A stretch of DNA of 64,000 nucleotides, from positions 1 to 64,000 of the forward strand of contig ADNK01002459.1 of the NCBI GenBank assembly GCA_000320545.1, in the 5' to 3' direction. The notes under the pieces were generated by a model. That model was not told where the DNA came from. It made no database searches and saw nothing but the letters and a program-made list of their open reading frames with translations. Positions 18,333 to 37,623 of the stretch are shown here, in pieces. A program made the translations under genes and the position numbers. Origin of the DNA: Bigelowiella natans CCMP2755 (Eukaryota > Protista > Cercozoa). Position 1 is the stretch's first letter. Each line of letters opens with the position of its first letter.

Positions 18333-19383
18333 CCATATATATATATGATATGATATATTATAATATATAATCCCGCCATGCCATCTAGCCATTCTAGACA
18401 AATGTATCTCTGTGGCATATGTGCGTGCGCGTGTGTGTGTGTACGCGTGCGCGCACGCGCTGCTAGTCAATGTTATGCAAAATAGCAAGTAGGGCTTAGC
18501 GAGTATCTTGTTCGTCGGCAATGCTTTTGAGCCAGATGAAACTAGTAAGTGGCTGCGTATCAGAGCCGGTGCACATTCTTCACACACGTACACACACAAA
18601 CATGCGCGCACATGTAAATTTCCACAATGCTTGATGTATAGTATCTACGTTAGTAATGCGCACAAGCAAGTTTGCCACATTTTAAATTTAATGTAGATCA
18701 TTTGCAATACCGGCACTGTTCTATTCTCCTTGAACAGTACACTATACGCTGCTTATGCTAGAAGAGAAAAGCATTCTGTGTGTCCCTTAAGCTAGTTTAT
18801 TCACTGACAACAGCCCCTGCTGAGATCCCAGCGATAAGGCCTGCAGCAGTTGTCGCTAGGATAACACAATACAGATGCTCAGAATGCGTCGTCAGTGAGA
18901 TAGCTACGTGGTTTATGCTGCGGATTGAGCCAAAATTATGCAAACGATTCTGAGAATTCATAATAACGCAATTTGCGACAGGTGTAGCCAAAATACGATT
19001 GACACCAATTTGGCGGTGAAATCGACGCTTATGACGTTAGTCAATGGTCGGACAAAAATTGTCTTTAGTTTCAGTGCTCTGACAGAAAAAAACGTTTTGG
19101 GAAAAACTGTGCACCAAACAATTGTAGGGAAATTGTTTCGGGTTTCTCCTCTTTTCCTTTCCGTAGCATGCGTGCAATGAGAATGAGGTGCTACTTTTGT
19201 TTTCCTAGCTAGCAATACCACCTGCAGCCCCTGAGGAGCTCCGTGGAGATGACAGAGCCAAGCAGGTAATCCCAAATCCAAAGGTACCTAGTGCCTGCTG
19301 CCAAGCTTTAGAATAAGAGAGGGAGGAGGAGGAGGAGGAGGAGGAGGAGGAGGAGGATGGAGAAGAACGCTTTTCGCTTTTCT

Positions 19384-20475
19384 TCATGCCTCCAGCTGAT
19401 ACCATGCCAAGAGTACCGGCGCGGATCGCTGCCAAACCAACAATAACTCCGATTGGTCCTCCTTTCGCCAAGAAACAGGATCAGTCAGATTCTCGCAACA
19501 ACATTCACATAGTGCATGGATGGATGTGCCTGCATGTGATTGAGTGAAGAAGTGAGTGAATGTGAGTATTTATTTGTGAGTGAATATTTGTATGAAATAT
19601 GCGTCCCTTCTTCCATGTAACAACAACAATAACAACACCAACAACAACCTGGCCCCCATGGAATCTTACAGCATTCTCCTGCACAAATGTAGTCTCCCTG
19701 AGAAAAGGAAACACGCAATCAAACATTGCTTGAAATAAGACAGAAACACGTTCAAGACCCATGTGCCCCTCCGATTTGCAAAGCGCGCACACGTATCGTT
19801 CGTATGAGCAGGAGCCGTCGTGGCAAGCTTCCCCCCTTCCGCAGCGCCGGCATAGCCAGTCCTGGTAAGCAACCAAAGTACCAAATTCTTGTCGCCAAGT
19901 AGACGTGAATGTTAGATCACAAGGAGGTTGAATACCGAGTCAACGCAGCAAAAGGCACCATGGTAGCGGTAGCGAACCCTTGGCTGATAATTTTCCTTCT
20001 TCATTTGAAACGAGAGGCATTAGCACACTTTGACCAAACACCAATCACCAAAATAATAATGGGAACTGACCTTCGCAATAAGGGCGTTGTGATTCTTTTT
20101 GCTTGGTATGTCGCAATCTTGTCCCCATTTTCTGTTTGAATAGATTAAATATTACAAAATCTAAACGGTTGTGGCTGCGGTAAATGTTGAACATCCACAT
20201 CATCTGCTCATTTAAAAAATCACTCTACCTTTACATTCATCCCGTCTAGCAACCATTACTTGCACACCATGCATTTGACGAGTCCTTCGACTCAAGGGCA
20301 GCAGCAGCAGCAGCTTCGGAGCTTTGACTTCACTCCCCATTGATGGGAGACTACTGCTCAGGTGCCTCGATGGGAGATTGCTGTGCATCTGATGGCTGAA
20401 AGGATTATACAGGGAGGAATAGCCAAGAACTAAAACTACAGCAAGCAAGATTGCTCCTGCCAGAGGGGCCGCCAT
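19384..20475 (-). CDS. Uncharacterised Cys-rich protein with signal peptide and transit-like leader (probably plastid-targeted), about 6 exons
   Basis: Hydrophobic signal MAAPLAGAILLAVVLVLG and a Ser/Arg-rich transit-like segment. One consistent GT-AG chain gives ..GYAGAAEGG..DTCARF..DYICAGECCKIPWGPG..LCECCCEN. The C-terminal frame is ambiguous. Confidence 0.45.
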
Positions 20476-20980
20476 CTCAACTGTTTGCGTTTGCACTCCA
20501 CCGCTACCACCACCCTCTCCTGCCCTGCTCGGCGATCAGTGGTTTCGTACTGGTCAGATCCATCATTCGTTGCTCATCATCGTCATCAGAAACTATGTTG
20601 TCGTCTGGATAACAATGCTATGGAATTTCACCCTGCGACATCACCACAAAGGTTAAAAATCTAGAAAATAATAGAAGACATTCCGAAATACGGAATCCTC
20701 ATAGCGTTTCAAGACTACGACAACAATGATATGGGAATAATACTAAGAAACGGGTATCGCCAACTGTTACTTGGAGAAGCAGTGACTTCCGTCTGCGAAG
20801 TCAGCTGGACCCTAGTTGTTAGTAGCTTCATAAAGAAGAGGTGGGGCGGGTGGTGGTGTTGGCTCCACTGAAGGATGCCTTTGTGTCATATCTGAGCACC
20901 GGCTTTTAAGTACTTGTAGGAGGGCGCAAATAAGTATCTGTTACTTTTATGACAGATCCTTAACAGAAATACATGTTGCA

Positions 20981-22347
20981 GACAATGCGTGCTCGAGAGA
21001 GTTTGAAGACGCATGCTAAGGGAATGAAGATGAAATCGGCGGCATTAGAGGCACACATGGAGGCAAGATCCACTGACTAGCACTAATATCCGTGACCCCC
21101 TACTACTTCTAGTTACGTTCTCTTCATCCCCTGATTCTGTTCCTCGCTTTATCATCCTCATTCATCGATGAAAAATACTCTATGTATGATTAGGTTCTGG
21201 AGAAGCTTCAAGGCCCCGAAGATTTTTTCAAGTTTCTTCAATCCACAGGTATCTCCAATGAGGGGAAAAAACAAGAGCCACATATTGATCATCCCGGCCA
21301 TAGACACCTCTACTTCCTCCAACTACTAAGTTATTTCTGTTCAACTGAAGGCCTTAGCCATGATGAAATCCAACGCTCCATGTCAGATCCAGGGCAGGTG
21401 ATGCTTTGTTGTATATCACCCTTCATAGTATCTTGACTACAGAGAAGTAAAAGTAATTTTTTCTAGGCTGAAAAGTTGTTAGAAAGATCGATCTCACAAC
21501 GGTTGCAACTCAGCAAGCACAATGACCCCGAACTTGACGAGTAGCAGCTTTCAACCCATATATTATTTGTCCGTTCGAAATTAATTTTGATATTGTGGAT
21601 TAGGACCCTTAAGAAAATAAACAGACTCCATGATGTGGTTGTTAAAAATAAGCCGGTAGTATATATTGCAGCCATATAAACTTCCCGCGCTATTGCCAAT
21701 GAACCATTTTTTTCTCTTTTTAGTTATCGAAAAGCGAGAAGGATGAATTGGAGGCAAAGAAAAAGAAAAAGGATGAGAAAATCTTAATGGCAAAAAAGCG
21801 TGAGAAAATATTTATTACTCGGGATTTCCTTGTCTCATCGATTCACCCAATCCTGTAGAGCCGGAGATGAAGCAACCTACCTATCGTCTAAAAATAGGCA
21901 CAGAAAGACTTCTCATGATGGTAGCAATGGGGTTTACTGAGCATTAAGAGCTATTGATCAAACAGCCTGTTGATTCTTTAGGTGCAGTGTGATCTTCCCA
22001 AAGGACTCAAAGGGGTGGACCTTGATCTCTCAGAGGACAACTTAATACTTGCAATGCCGGGTACTACTACCAAATTTGTCATGACATCGTTTTGGATCTG
22101 TGAAATGATTCTGAATGAAATTTTCACATTATAGGACATCTGAACTTAAATGTTGATCTACCTAAAGCGGTCGACCCAGAGAGGTTCTCTCCCTCTTCTA
22201 CTCATCTAGACATTGCTCGTCACTTCTAATGCATGTACATGGATTACTCCTATGTGAATTTACTATTTCAGGGCTCAAGCAAAATTTTCCAAGAAATCAA
22301 AAGAACTGCGTATAAGCATGCCCTTAGTTCTCGAGGATGAGAAATAG
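20981..22347 (+). CDS. PIH1-family CS-domain protein (R2TP / dynein-assembly co-chaperone-like), many short exons, 5' end unresolved
   Basis: Spliced C-terminus VQCDLPKGLKGVDLDLSEDNLIL..LNVDLPKAVDPERAQAKFSKKSKELRISMP matches the PIH1 CS-like fold; stop at 22345-22347. Confidence 0.72.
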
Positions 22348-22952
22348 TACAGTTATTCAACTTCGATTGTCATTATTTTGCACGCGTCACGTACGAAGTC
22401 ATGTTATCATGCAATAATGAAACTGCACGTACGATTTTTTTGCATACTTATAGAATGCGTCCTTGCGCTGGGCATGTATTGAGGTCTTGCGAGTCACCAT
22501 TACTTGGCACATCTAGCTAGTCATATGGTACGCGTAAATTGTGTCGTGTACGTACTGGCCAGTACTATTTGTAGTGTGTGACGCGCGTAGCCCCTCAATG
22601 GGTTGCATTGGCACCGCCACGATGCGTCATCGTGCACAGGCACAGACACACAGACATCTAGGGTGTGCATGGCTAAATGGCGCCTCCACGTGATGAGTCG
22701 GTTTTATGTTATTACGATATGCTGAATTTTGTGCTTGATACCTTATGTTTTTGCCAATGCTAACAGCATGGAACAACGCTGCATGATGCAGTACATGTTT
22801 CCATGAATTTAGTGTCATCAGCATCATATGGACCGCAGATCGCATGTATTAATCGGCGAGGCGTGCTTCGCATGTTATTTCAAAGGTAGCAACACATACA
22901 TTAAAAAGATTTAATCACTTCATTACATCCGTTTCACACATACAGCTTTACT

Positions 22953-23249
22953 TTACGCCGAGTCTCCCTCATCCTCATATAACCCCTCCCCGAAATTCGT
23001 TTGTGGCTTCATGCTGCCTAGTGCTGGTTGATGTTGTGGGGTCTGTCGCCACGATACTTGCTTCTTCAACGCGTTACGCTGATGAATAAGAAACACGCTT
23101 ACAATAGGCGTCTCCAACAGTATTTTCGTATCAAAAATATCTTATAATCTTCTGAGATATGCGACTGCGACTGCTACAGTGCTAAGGATAGCATGTTTCC
23201 TCCTCTGAATCTCGCAGCATATAAATATATATATTATGTATATTTCATT

Positions 23250-23280
<31 letters not shown>

Positions 23281-23869
23281 ACATTGGGTAGCACGACTAC
23301 TACTGTGCTACCTCACGGTGGTGCCTGTACTTGATGTCCTGAGAAAAACCTATTGCTCCTGCTCCTCCAACCACTGCTGAAGCTCTCGTTCCCGCATGGC
23401 TGTTAAATCCCTGTGAAGCTGATAAAGGACAAACACACGTACGCACACACACACGTACGCACACACACACACAAAACTTCGGTTTGTTGTACACCCGCAT
23501 TGATGCTTACTGCTGCTACTGCTGCTGTGCTGCTGCTGCACCTTTGATCTCACGAAGAGCAAGGTGTTCCACTGAAGAGTTGTAATCTGAGTTGTTATTA
23601 CGACAATGTTGATATTCATTCAGTGGGAGTAGTAACACCAGCACCCCTTCGCAACCAAAAACAGGGCAGGGCGATAACCGATCTATTTTTTCTATGTCAC
23701 ACAGCTCGCACGGAAGAACGAAGTTAATTAACAAAATCATCACTTACTACTCGATGATTCCATAAGATATAGAGCCCCTGCCCCTTTATCATGGACGCCG
23801 GCGTGCATCATTGATTGACTATACGCAGGTAACCAAATAATTAAATAGGGTAACTACATGCAGAGTATA

Positions 23870-23903
<34 letters not shown>

Positions 23904-24562
23904 GTAAGATCACAATCCAAACACATGTTATTCCAGTACATGTTTTGATACTAATTTTCAACCAACACATCTCTCCTGATGACGTATGGTTGGCAAGAAA
24001 GCGCATACTGCACCTCATCAGCCCTTTGGAAGTTCTATCCTGAAAAGAAGCAGTTCATGATTACGTGCGTGTGTGTTGCATACGTGTGCAGGGGTGAGCA
24101 GCCAAACTCAATGGCTTCATTAATAGAAAAGTTTGAGTCCTGAAAAGTCTCCCGTTATTGACACTCCTACTACTACTGCTACTGCTACTGCTTCTACTAC
24201 GACATTAGCAGTGATTTAAAAGAAAGTATGAATCACAATGCAGTTGTCTCTCATCGACTGCTGTCTGCTTGCTCTAGGGAGTAAATGAAAAAGTTGGTGC
24301 TGTATTGGGTAAGTAAGAAAGAGAATACCGATTCTTACCAGTTTGACACTTGAATGCATATGCAGGGATGAGTCTATGCTGTCCCTTGTACTATCACGCT
24401 GCGAGAAAGATAATCATTGTCTTCTTTTAAGTATCACCCAAGAGTAAAAATAAGCTTCTTCTTCATAGAATATATGCCAGTGACGCCACTTTTGGCATTA
24501 TGAAGCTTTGAAACCCTCTCCTCCTCGAAACCTCTTTAAGCACGCACACACACACGCACACA

Positions 24563-24607
<45 letters not shown>

Positions 24608-25065
24608 CACAGGAAGATACTAAGTTGGACTAGACCTGTCCGATGTATCTGAGCACGAAGCAGAAGAAGAGAATCAATGTAGGAAGTCCTATGCCTATTT
24701 GAAAACAACAGCGGATTAAAAGCAACATAGAACATCAAGAAGAGAACTACTCAAGAGCAGGAGCAGCTTGGTAAGGACGAAGATCTGCATTACGTATCCT
24801 CCTCCTCTTCCTCCTCCTCCCCTTCTCTTCGTTCTTATGTATTTAAGTCCCATTTGAAAAAGACGGCAGAGGACAAGGTTTTAGCAATTCTAGGAGGAAG
24901 AAAACCAGGAGGGAGACGAGGAAAAAAGGGGGGGGGGGAGGGGGGAGACCTAAAAGGATGTAGGCGAAGATTCTAGATTGCTCGTCACAGCGCATTTTAT
25001 CCTGACCATGACAACAGAGCCACGTGCAATGATTTGTGTGTGTCAGTGTGTGTGTCAGGTATGTG

Positions 25066-25104
<39 letters not shown>

Positions 25105-25287
25105 AAGAGTAATCATCGAGTCTCACTTCTGCCGTCGAGCAGTACTGGTTAATTGTTGCCAGATTCAAAATGCCTAGTAGAAGTAGTGGTAGTAGTAGTA
25201 GTAGCAGCAGTAGTAGAAGTAGTAATAATAGCAGTAATAGTAGTGAGTAATGGGAAGGGGAAGATACCAAACTGCGAAAGCTATGAA

Positions 25288-25336
<49 letters not shown>

Positions 25337-25754
25337 TGGGTTCAAGAGTAGAGGCTGATTACCTATGCATATTGTGAAGATCAAGTAGAGGACCAGCAAT
25401 ACTCGGAACTAAGGAAAACAACTTGTAAGAAGACGTCAACCTTCAACGCGGAGAAGCAAGCCAGTGGCAAGATATGAAGGGAGACTAGCTGGGGCAGTAG
25501 CTAATAATATATGCCTTTCAGTAAATACTATTATCGCTTCTTCTATGCTTAAACAATTAATGCCAAAACAGCAGCATAGGACTATTTAGTAAAATCATAT
25601 GAGTTCGAAGGAGACCCCCCCCCCCCCCCCACAACTCCCGACGTACTACCCTTTTAACGACATCCAGCTTCCTCGTTGTGAACCCGCTGATGCCCTCCAC
25701 CGCAAAAATAATTCCTGGAGAAAAAGAACACTAATATTAATACAACATATTATA

Positions 25755-25835
<81 letters not shown>

Positions 25836-26657
25836 TAAGGTTGTGTGGAAAACAAATGGCCACCTAATACTCCTTGCAGAACCGAGAGGAGCCCTCTCCC
25901 TGTACATATAAGAACTTACGCAAGCTCTTTGTCGTTCTCTTTCATTCACAAACGAAAGCACATGAAATGTATACATATATGCATATATGTACATATAAAT
26001 AAATAAATAAATATGTGTGTGTGTGCGTGTGTGTGTGTGTGTGTGTGTGATAAATTTAAAATAGTTCCACTTTCTACCTGTGAGGGTGATTAGACCACTA
26101 CTAACCATCATCACGACACATGCTATCTGGAACCAAGCCCCTTTCTGGCTCCTGGCAAAGATACCTAGTAAATCTCTTTTGCAAGAAGTCTGCTTCATTG
26201 TGTACAAAGGAAAGGGGGAGGGGCAAGCTAAAGAGACAGAAGTGATACGTTGATCTCGGGCAGCAGGAAATCCACTGCAGAAACCTGAAAAGTTGTAAAT
26301 ATAAGTCATATTTCCCCCCATAAATTTATCAAGTAGCATTTGAACGCATCAGTAAATAGTCAAACAGTAGCCCATACCCAGTGTCCTCGCAGCGTCCACA
26401 GCAATCCTCAAAGTAACTTCTACGAAATTGTTCACACCTGAAGACAGAAAATAATAAGTACGCTGCGAATCGTATTTATGGAATCAATTGAAATGCATGA
26501 TGGATGCACGAAAGGCGGTATGAGCTAGAAATTATAGGTGCTTAATCTAGGTGGTAGACCCTATGAAGAGATAATCACAGCGATCGCATGCGCAGCATCC
26601 TTTCTCCCTTGGCTCTTCCTCGTTCTGCTCTATATATAGCACTTTCTGGCTTTGCAT
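22953..26657 (-). CDS. Uncharacterised multi-exon membrane protein
   Basis: Short GT-AG exons in frame give hydrophobic segments GLLSVLQGVLGIIFAVEGI, FRVLLVLYLIFTICIGILNL and IFAYILLGIGLPTLILFFCFVL. The 3' exon chain is not fully resolved. Confidence 0.5.
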
Positions 26658-27288
26658 GGAAGAAGGAGAAAGGCAACAAGTCGTGCCAGCGACGATGGAG
26701 GGGCCGGTTGCAACTACTAATTAGGGACTGTTCTCCAGGAAGTGATCGGATCGGGATCAAAGATCGATGGGTTCCGATGAGCGACGACTCAGTTCCTCTT
26801 ACGACAAGGAAGGAAGATGAATTGTTTTCAAAATTCCCATCGTTTTAGAAATATTAATGGTCATCGTCGACTCGACGATGGCGGGAAGCGGTTCCACCTG
26901 CTGCAGCCAAGCAGCAAACAATACAAGGATTATAATGTATATTTTGCTTGCGACAGTTCATTCAAATTGTCACAAATACAAATTTGCCTTCCTCATTGAA
27001 ATAAAATATCGGAGGTGGCCCAAAATCATAACACATTGGCGGGTCGAAATCTAAGACTCTGATTTCATCCAAAATTTGAGCAATCTTTTGACGGCTACGA
27101 ATTATAGATGGAATTGAGAATACGACAATACAGAATTCGTACTTTTGTTGTTGTTACCCAGATAATTGACTCCAGGTTTAAAACGTTGTACAAATCTCTA
27201 ATCTGATACAGGAGCAGTGGGAGGGACACGCTCGCAGGGAGCACGAGAAGGTTCCGTAGCACGAAAAGGGTTCCACTCCGCCGCGACG

Positions 27289-31942
<4,654 letters not shown>

Positions 31943-32947
31943 AAATAAAGGATAGTCAAGTCTCATTTCATATCTATGTTCGCTCTCGCTGTAAAGTATA
32001 AAACACCATGGTGCAGTTGCGTAAGACTAACTGATCATCATTGCTAGTAGTTTTCCTTCATTAGATATTCAAGCATGCATAGAACATTACAATGTATTTC
32101 TAGATTTATTTCGATCACTGGGGCATTGTTCTAAAGCGTACGTAACATTTGAAACATGCCACAACATACAAGCCAGATGCATTTCGCTGGTAGGCAAGCC
32201 ATGCACAGGGGAGCCTACATTGGCTTTATCTGCTGCGGTGCTGCGCCAATATAGCTCCGATCTTGAACTCCTACCTGCTAGCCTGTTCATAACACTTACC
32301 CGGAATCGTGTGCAACGTACATGTCTGATGTGCTGTAGACCACTAAAGCTGTTAGTTGCTGCCCGGCGGTGTCCACTGCAGTGCATGTAGCACGATACTA
32401 AACGAGCTAGCGAGAGTGCATTAGCAATAAAACAAGCTTTGAAGCGAGCCTCAGCCTTCGATCATCAACTGCTTCTTCACAAGACGCGAGCACGCGCCAT
32501 CATACTTTTACCTCGTAAGCAAAGATCCGCAATATTAGCATGCTAGCATGGCGAGCCAGCGCATACAAAAACGCGACAATCACATGCTCTAACCGTGCAG
32601 GTACAAAAGAAGTGACGCGAAATTGTTGTCATTGCATGATTGCATGCAAGCTTGCAGTTTTATTTGATTTTTTGCTTCTTCACTTATGTGCTGTACAATA
32701 GACACAACGGCTATGCTTTGTATAGGGTAACTCTGTGTCTATAGCTACAGTGTATCAATGGGACTCGATGCTGCTGTGGAGCGATGGCTATAACCATGAA
32801 GTTGTGTTCTGCATGTGGCTCGTGTGGATGCAGCTTCTTGAACTTCGATTATTGCTAGAAATAAAGACCTGGATGATCAACCTCCAGCCGCTTTCCCGAT
32901 GGAAGCGTGCGTATAAAATCGTTAGCTCCAGTAGCCCCAATCGAAAC

Positions 32948-33804
32948 TCATGCCGCTGTCGCATTGAGATCAATGATTCTGTTGCTTTGAGCAACGATAT
33001 CATCAATACAAATGCGACCCTTGGACTTAATAAAGGATGCCACCTGCAAATGTCATCATCTCATCACTCAGCACTGCTGTCTCAAAAAAATTTCCAATTC
33101 GGTCAGTAGTGATACTACGCTTTTGCAAGTTCGTGAGTCGAAGAACCAATACACACCTGCTTCATCTCATCCTTTGTAATGTAGATGAATTTTCCACCAG
33201 CATCATCCATAATGCCAGTCAATTTACCCTCTGTAATTACAGGTTGTTAGTCGTGTCTGGTGGGTGATGATAATAATTGCAACACTAATATTGGGCTGCA
33301 TGTACGTTGTGCACTACCTTTCTCCATAGTCTCAATGTGATCTATCACATCTTTTGTTTTCATCTCATACTCCATTGCTAGATCATCCAATGCAACAACC
33401 TGACGTGAAAGCGGGCATATGCGTACAGAATAGACGGATCATGTTTTTGGGAGAAACGAAAATCAATCCATACTTGCACTGCAACTGCACAAGCTTTCAA
33501 TGTAAAATCTACGACAAAGTATACATCCAAAGGTCTGAACGAAAGTTCCGTTCTTGCTTTTGTTCTCCGATATAAAACTCACCATCGCCATTTAATTTAC
33601 CACGGGACAAAATTATCATTGAAATATCTTTTCCCTTATAAAATGTAGGTAGACACAAGACTTATTCACGACACCTTTTGCCTTTTGATGTGCTCCAAGA
33701 ATCTGGCAAGCTGCTTTTCCTTCGCAGCCTCGTCCAGGCCCTTGTTGGGATAAATTCAACGTTGAGAAGAGTAAAGTAATTTTTGTAAATCGAGGACTAC
33801 ATAA

Positions 33805-33838
<34 letters not shown>

Positions 33839-35017
33839 GTGAGTGTGTGTGAGTGTGTGTGTTGCTGACGCATCGAGGTTATGAGTGCGAATAAAGCTCA
33901 CCTCCGTGCCCTCTTCCTCCACCTCGATATCCACTGCCCATTTCTTATAGACAGCTTCCTCCTCCTCTTTTTGCTTCTTCTTTCGCTCCTCTTCCTCCTT
34001 CTGCAAGAAGAATAAACACAAGGACGAGTACAGACAGCGCACAGAAGCTCTTGGAACGGATTAGCAATTAGGAACAAATCGGAAGTTATTCCCTCACCTC
34101 CTTCTTAGCTCTCTCTGCCTCCCTCGCTTCCCGTTTTGCTGCTAATTTTGCAGCATACTTTTCGGCCTTCTTTGCTCTCAAGGCGGATTTTTCGGCTTCA
34201 AGCTGGCGGGTTGAAAGATAAAAGGTAAGTGATAAGACGATGTCTGCTCAGTGTTGTCCAAATGGGGGTGGGAGCCAGTGTGCACAATTGCAAAACCTTT
34301 CGCATAGCCTCGCGTTGTTGACGTCGAATCTCCTTTTCCTGCCTTCGTTTCTCTTCCCTAGCAGCTGCCGCTTCATTGTCTGAGCAAGAATATAAAGTAA
34401 GACCTACTTACAACTTAACAACTTTCCGAATTTTCTATAAAGCATGCTTAGCTCAGTCAATTAGGATCTGTGGGTTGCCTTCTTCTTCATCCTCAGCTTC
34501 ATCTCGACGGTCCCGTGCACGGTTCATGCCACGTCTTTTCTTCTGAGAGGTAGGGCGAGTGGTGACACGACTAATTGGTAGAAGAAGAATGTGCAGGTGT
34601 TCTTTGAATGTCGTTGTTCACAAGTGGCAACCTTCTTTCCACCACTTTTCTTCTCTACCCTACGCCGGGGTCGGGGTGCCTCCGCCTGCATGTAATAACA
34701 CTTTTTAGTAGTGCTTGTGATGTGGGTTCCAAGGAGCGCGACCATCTTGGACATCTCGTACGAAATTTAGAAAAATCACCATTCTATTAAATAACGGGAA
34801 ACTTCCCATGGAAACCTCATAAATCCCTTATCGAATCCCCACATTATTCCTGGCATAAACAGTAAAAGGCTCACTCTCACACACACACGTCTTAGTCCTG
34901 TACCTCGCCATGGTGCCCCTCGGCAGGGCCCCAGAATTTACCCCTCAGAACGATGAACCCCACTATCAAGCCCACCACCGTCACAAGATACCCGAGTATG
35001 ATCAAAGACTGATCCAT
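32948..35017 (-). CDS. DDRGK1: DDRGK domain-containing protein 1 (UFBP1, UFMylation adaptor)
   Basis: N-terminal TM anchor (IILGYLVTVVGLIVGFIVL), charged coiled coil, YKKWAVDIEVEEEG, VVALDDLAMEY, LTGIMDDAGGKFIYIT..VASFIKSKGRI. Confidence 0.88.
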
Positions 35018-35663
35018 TTTCTAGCGATCAACTATGCCTGAAACAATTGCGAGATACGAAAGTTGTACAATACGAAGGAAGGGTAACGTGGGAGATCCTC
35101 CACTGGATCCTTTGGTTGGTTAAATTCCGTGGTAGAAACGTGATCAATATTCGCATAAATACGCATATTGCACAACTTTGTTGTACATGTGGTAAGGTGA
35201 GAATAGCACCTTGATCGGAAGTATCGGGAAAAGAAGGGGGGGGGTCAATAGCTGGCTCTTTTTCCCACCAGTCGGAGGCCAAAAAGCCAATTGATTTATT
35301 TCGAAGTCCTACCGATGAATTCTAGTCTCAAGAATGTGAAGAAAACCACTGGAATTCGGCCCTGCGACTTCCCTGAAATTCATGTCGCAAGATAAAACCC
35401 CTTTGTGTTTTTGTTGCAGTGGCCAGCTTGCCCTATCTCCCGGTAACACTTCTTTCTTCTCTTCGTTCTTTGCTTCGAAGGGCAACACCTGCCTTCCACT
35501 CTGATTTGTGGCGGCGGTGAGCGGTATCTGGAGGAAGAATGAAGAAATACAACGGAAAATACGTTCCAATATCACTGGACAAGTGGTGCAGTCAGGTAGG
35601 GAGCGCCTCCGGATCATCGATGGAGAAGTGGTGAAGAAGAAATCAACCTTGTGTCGTCATTAG

Positions 35664-36965
35664 GTTGAACGAAAAAGGCATGGCCTGTCTGAACAATGGC
35701 TCCCGCCGAAGCCCACAGATGTGGTATACTTGCTTGTTATTCGAAATTTGGAGTGAATGCTGTTTCATTTTTATCACTAAACTCGCCCTGTTTCTGGAAG
35801 GTCAACGATGAAATAAGGCGGCAGGCCGAAGAGATGGGACTGGCTGATTATGACCCTACGAAGGAGGTGGTTTGTAGATGTTTATTTCGAATACCTTGAA
35901 GTTGAATATAGGCCCCAAACCGATCCTTCGTAAACCAGGACCGAAAGCAACCGAAAGTGGAAGCCGAGCACCCGAGTATGCGTCCGGCTAATTTCTCCGG
36001 ATTACGTTCCAAGGACGACACAAACAATAGTATCTACGGTCGGAGCCCAAAAAATAGAGTAGTGCTGTGTTTTGATGTCTCGTATTGTTCATCTGCGGAT
36101 CTGCCAACATGTGGGTGTCAAGGCTATTTAAGAATTTTGTTTCATTGCAGACCCCTCCATCGGCTTCCAGGCTGCTCAGTACGGCCGAAAAGACGTCGTC
36201 CTCTCCAAATTCAAATCAGCAGAAGAATTAGAGACGGTATCGATCCAGTAATCTGTTCTTATGTGAGGCTTTTCGCCTGATTTTCTCACTACCTTGTGTG
36301 TTTTGTTGTGAAGATTGGGCTGGAGAGGTTGAAAGATGAGTTGCAGAAAAAAGGTCCTTGCTCATTGCATGTGGATAGGGGGGTGGGTGTTATGCTATGA
36401 ATTTACTAGCCCTCCATCACAATATATTGAATTTGAATAGGGATGAAATGCGGTGGGACATTACGCGAAAGAGCTGAAAGGTTATGGCTCACCAAAGGGG
36501 TCAGCGATCTGAGCTCATTGGACCCAAAGCTATTCAGCAAGAAAAAGAAGAAAAAAAAAAAAGACATGGCAGAGGGAGGTGCCGCCCAGTGATAATAACT
36601 CAACTATGTAAATCTATGTATGCATACGCACGTACATATATGAACACCTCTCTCTCTCTCTCTCTCTCTCTGTATGTGTGTGTATGTGTGAAACGCTTGG
36701 CAACAATTACATCCGAAGAATTTGGTTAAGTTTTGCTTCTATCGGGCAGGCAATAGTAAGAAACGTAAAGGTACAGAGAAAGGTCCTCTTCGTGAGGGGC
36801 ACACAAGGCTTCCAGGTGATCCTCAATAACTCGTCCCTATTTTCCTAATTGGTATCTCATTTGTATAAATCAACGCATGCAGGTCAAAAAAGAATACGTA
36901 GTAAACCTCGTCGAAGCAAAGTTACGAAGCAGCCAAGAGCTGATAACTACGGCCCGATATTATGA
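35664..36965 (+). CDS. Protein with SDE2/SF3A3-type SAP-like (Telomere_Sde2_2) domain; 5' end unresolved
   Basis: Spliced exons read [41 protein letters not shown], followed by basic C-terminal exons ending about 36965. Confidence 0.72.
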
Positions 36966-37105
36966 CATCAAAAGAATGTTGCGACAGAAATTAAGTGTTT
37001 TGATGTGTCCCTCCACATGAATGTGTATATGCAATGGTTTATCTATGGATCATCCAATATGTGCACATCTAGACATATGAGTACATACAATACATGAGCA
37101 TTGTT

Positions 37106-37154
<49 letters not shown>

Positions 37155-37623
37155 TATATTATATATAGAAATTTTAGCTTGTGCGCAAGCTGTAGTCTCG
37201 CTGTTTTGTGTGGATCGGATGTTTGCTCTAGCGGTGATTTATTCACTCACGTAATCATCGTAGGCATAGGCACAATGCAATGTATGTCAACTAGTAAAGG
37301 ACGTGCGTATATATACGCATGTAGCTGTGAAGAATTTTGATATGTACGCGTGCGGATGTCATCATCGGTGCCAAAATATTACCATGACGAGCGTTACAAA
37401 TATGTATATACATATGTAGTCCTAGATACATATAGTACAAATATGTCGTTGCCGTATGAATAATCGTAGCGTGTGAGCGGCAATTATGTTCACCAATATG
37501 ATAGACAATTGCGTTTATCATTATTTTTTCATTGTTAACATTCTCTGGTATTTGGAAATACATCGCTACTTATAGAGCCAATTTGAAAAGGCTGTTTATT
37601 TCTGTACATTTCAATCCATTTTT

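Noticed and set aside
19505-19876. Zinc-knuckle-like reading CRRCG..CALCKSEGH and a LysM-like reading
   Set aside because: The knuckle frame does not join neighbouring exons using the best splice sites, and the LysM spacing is too short.
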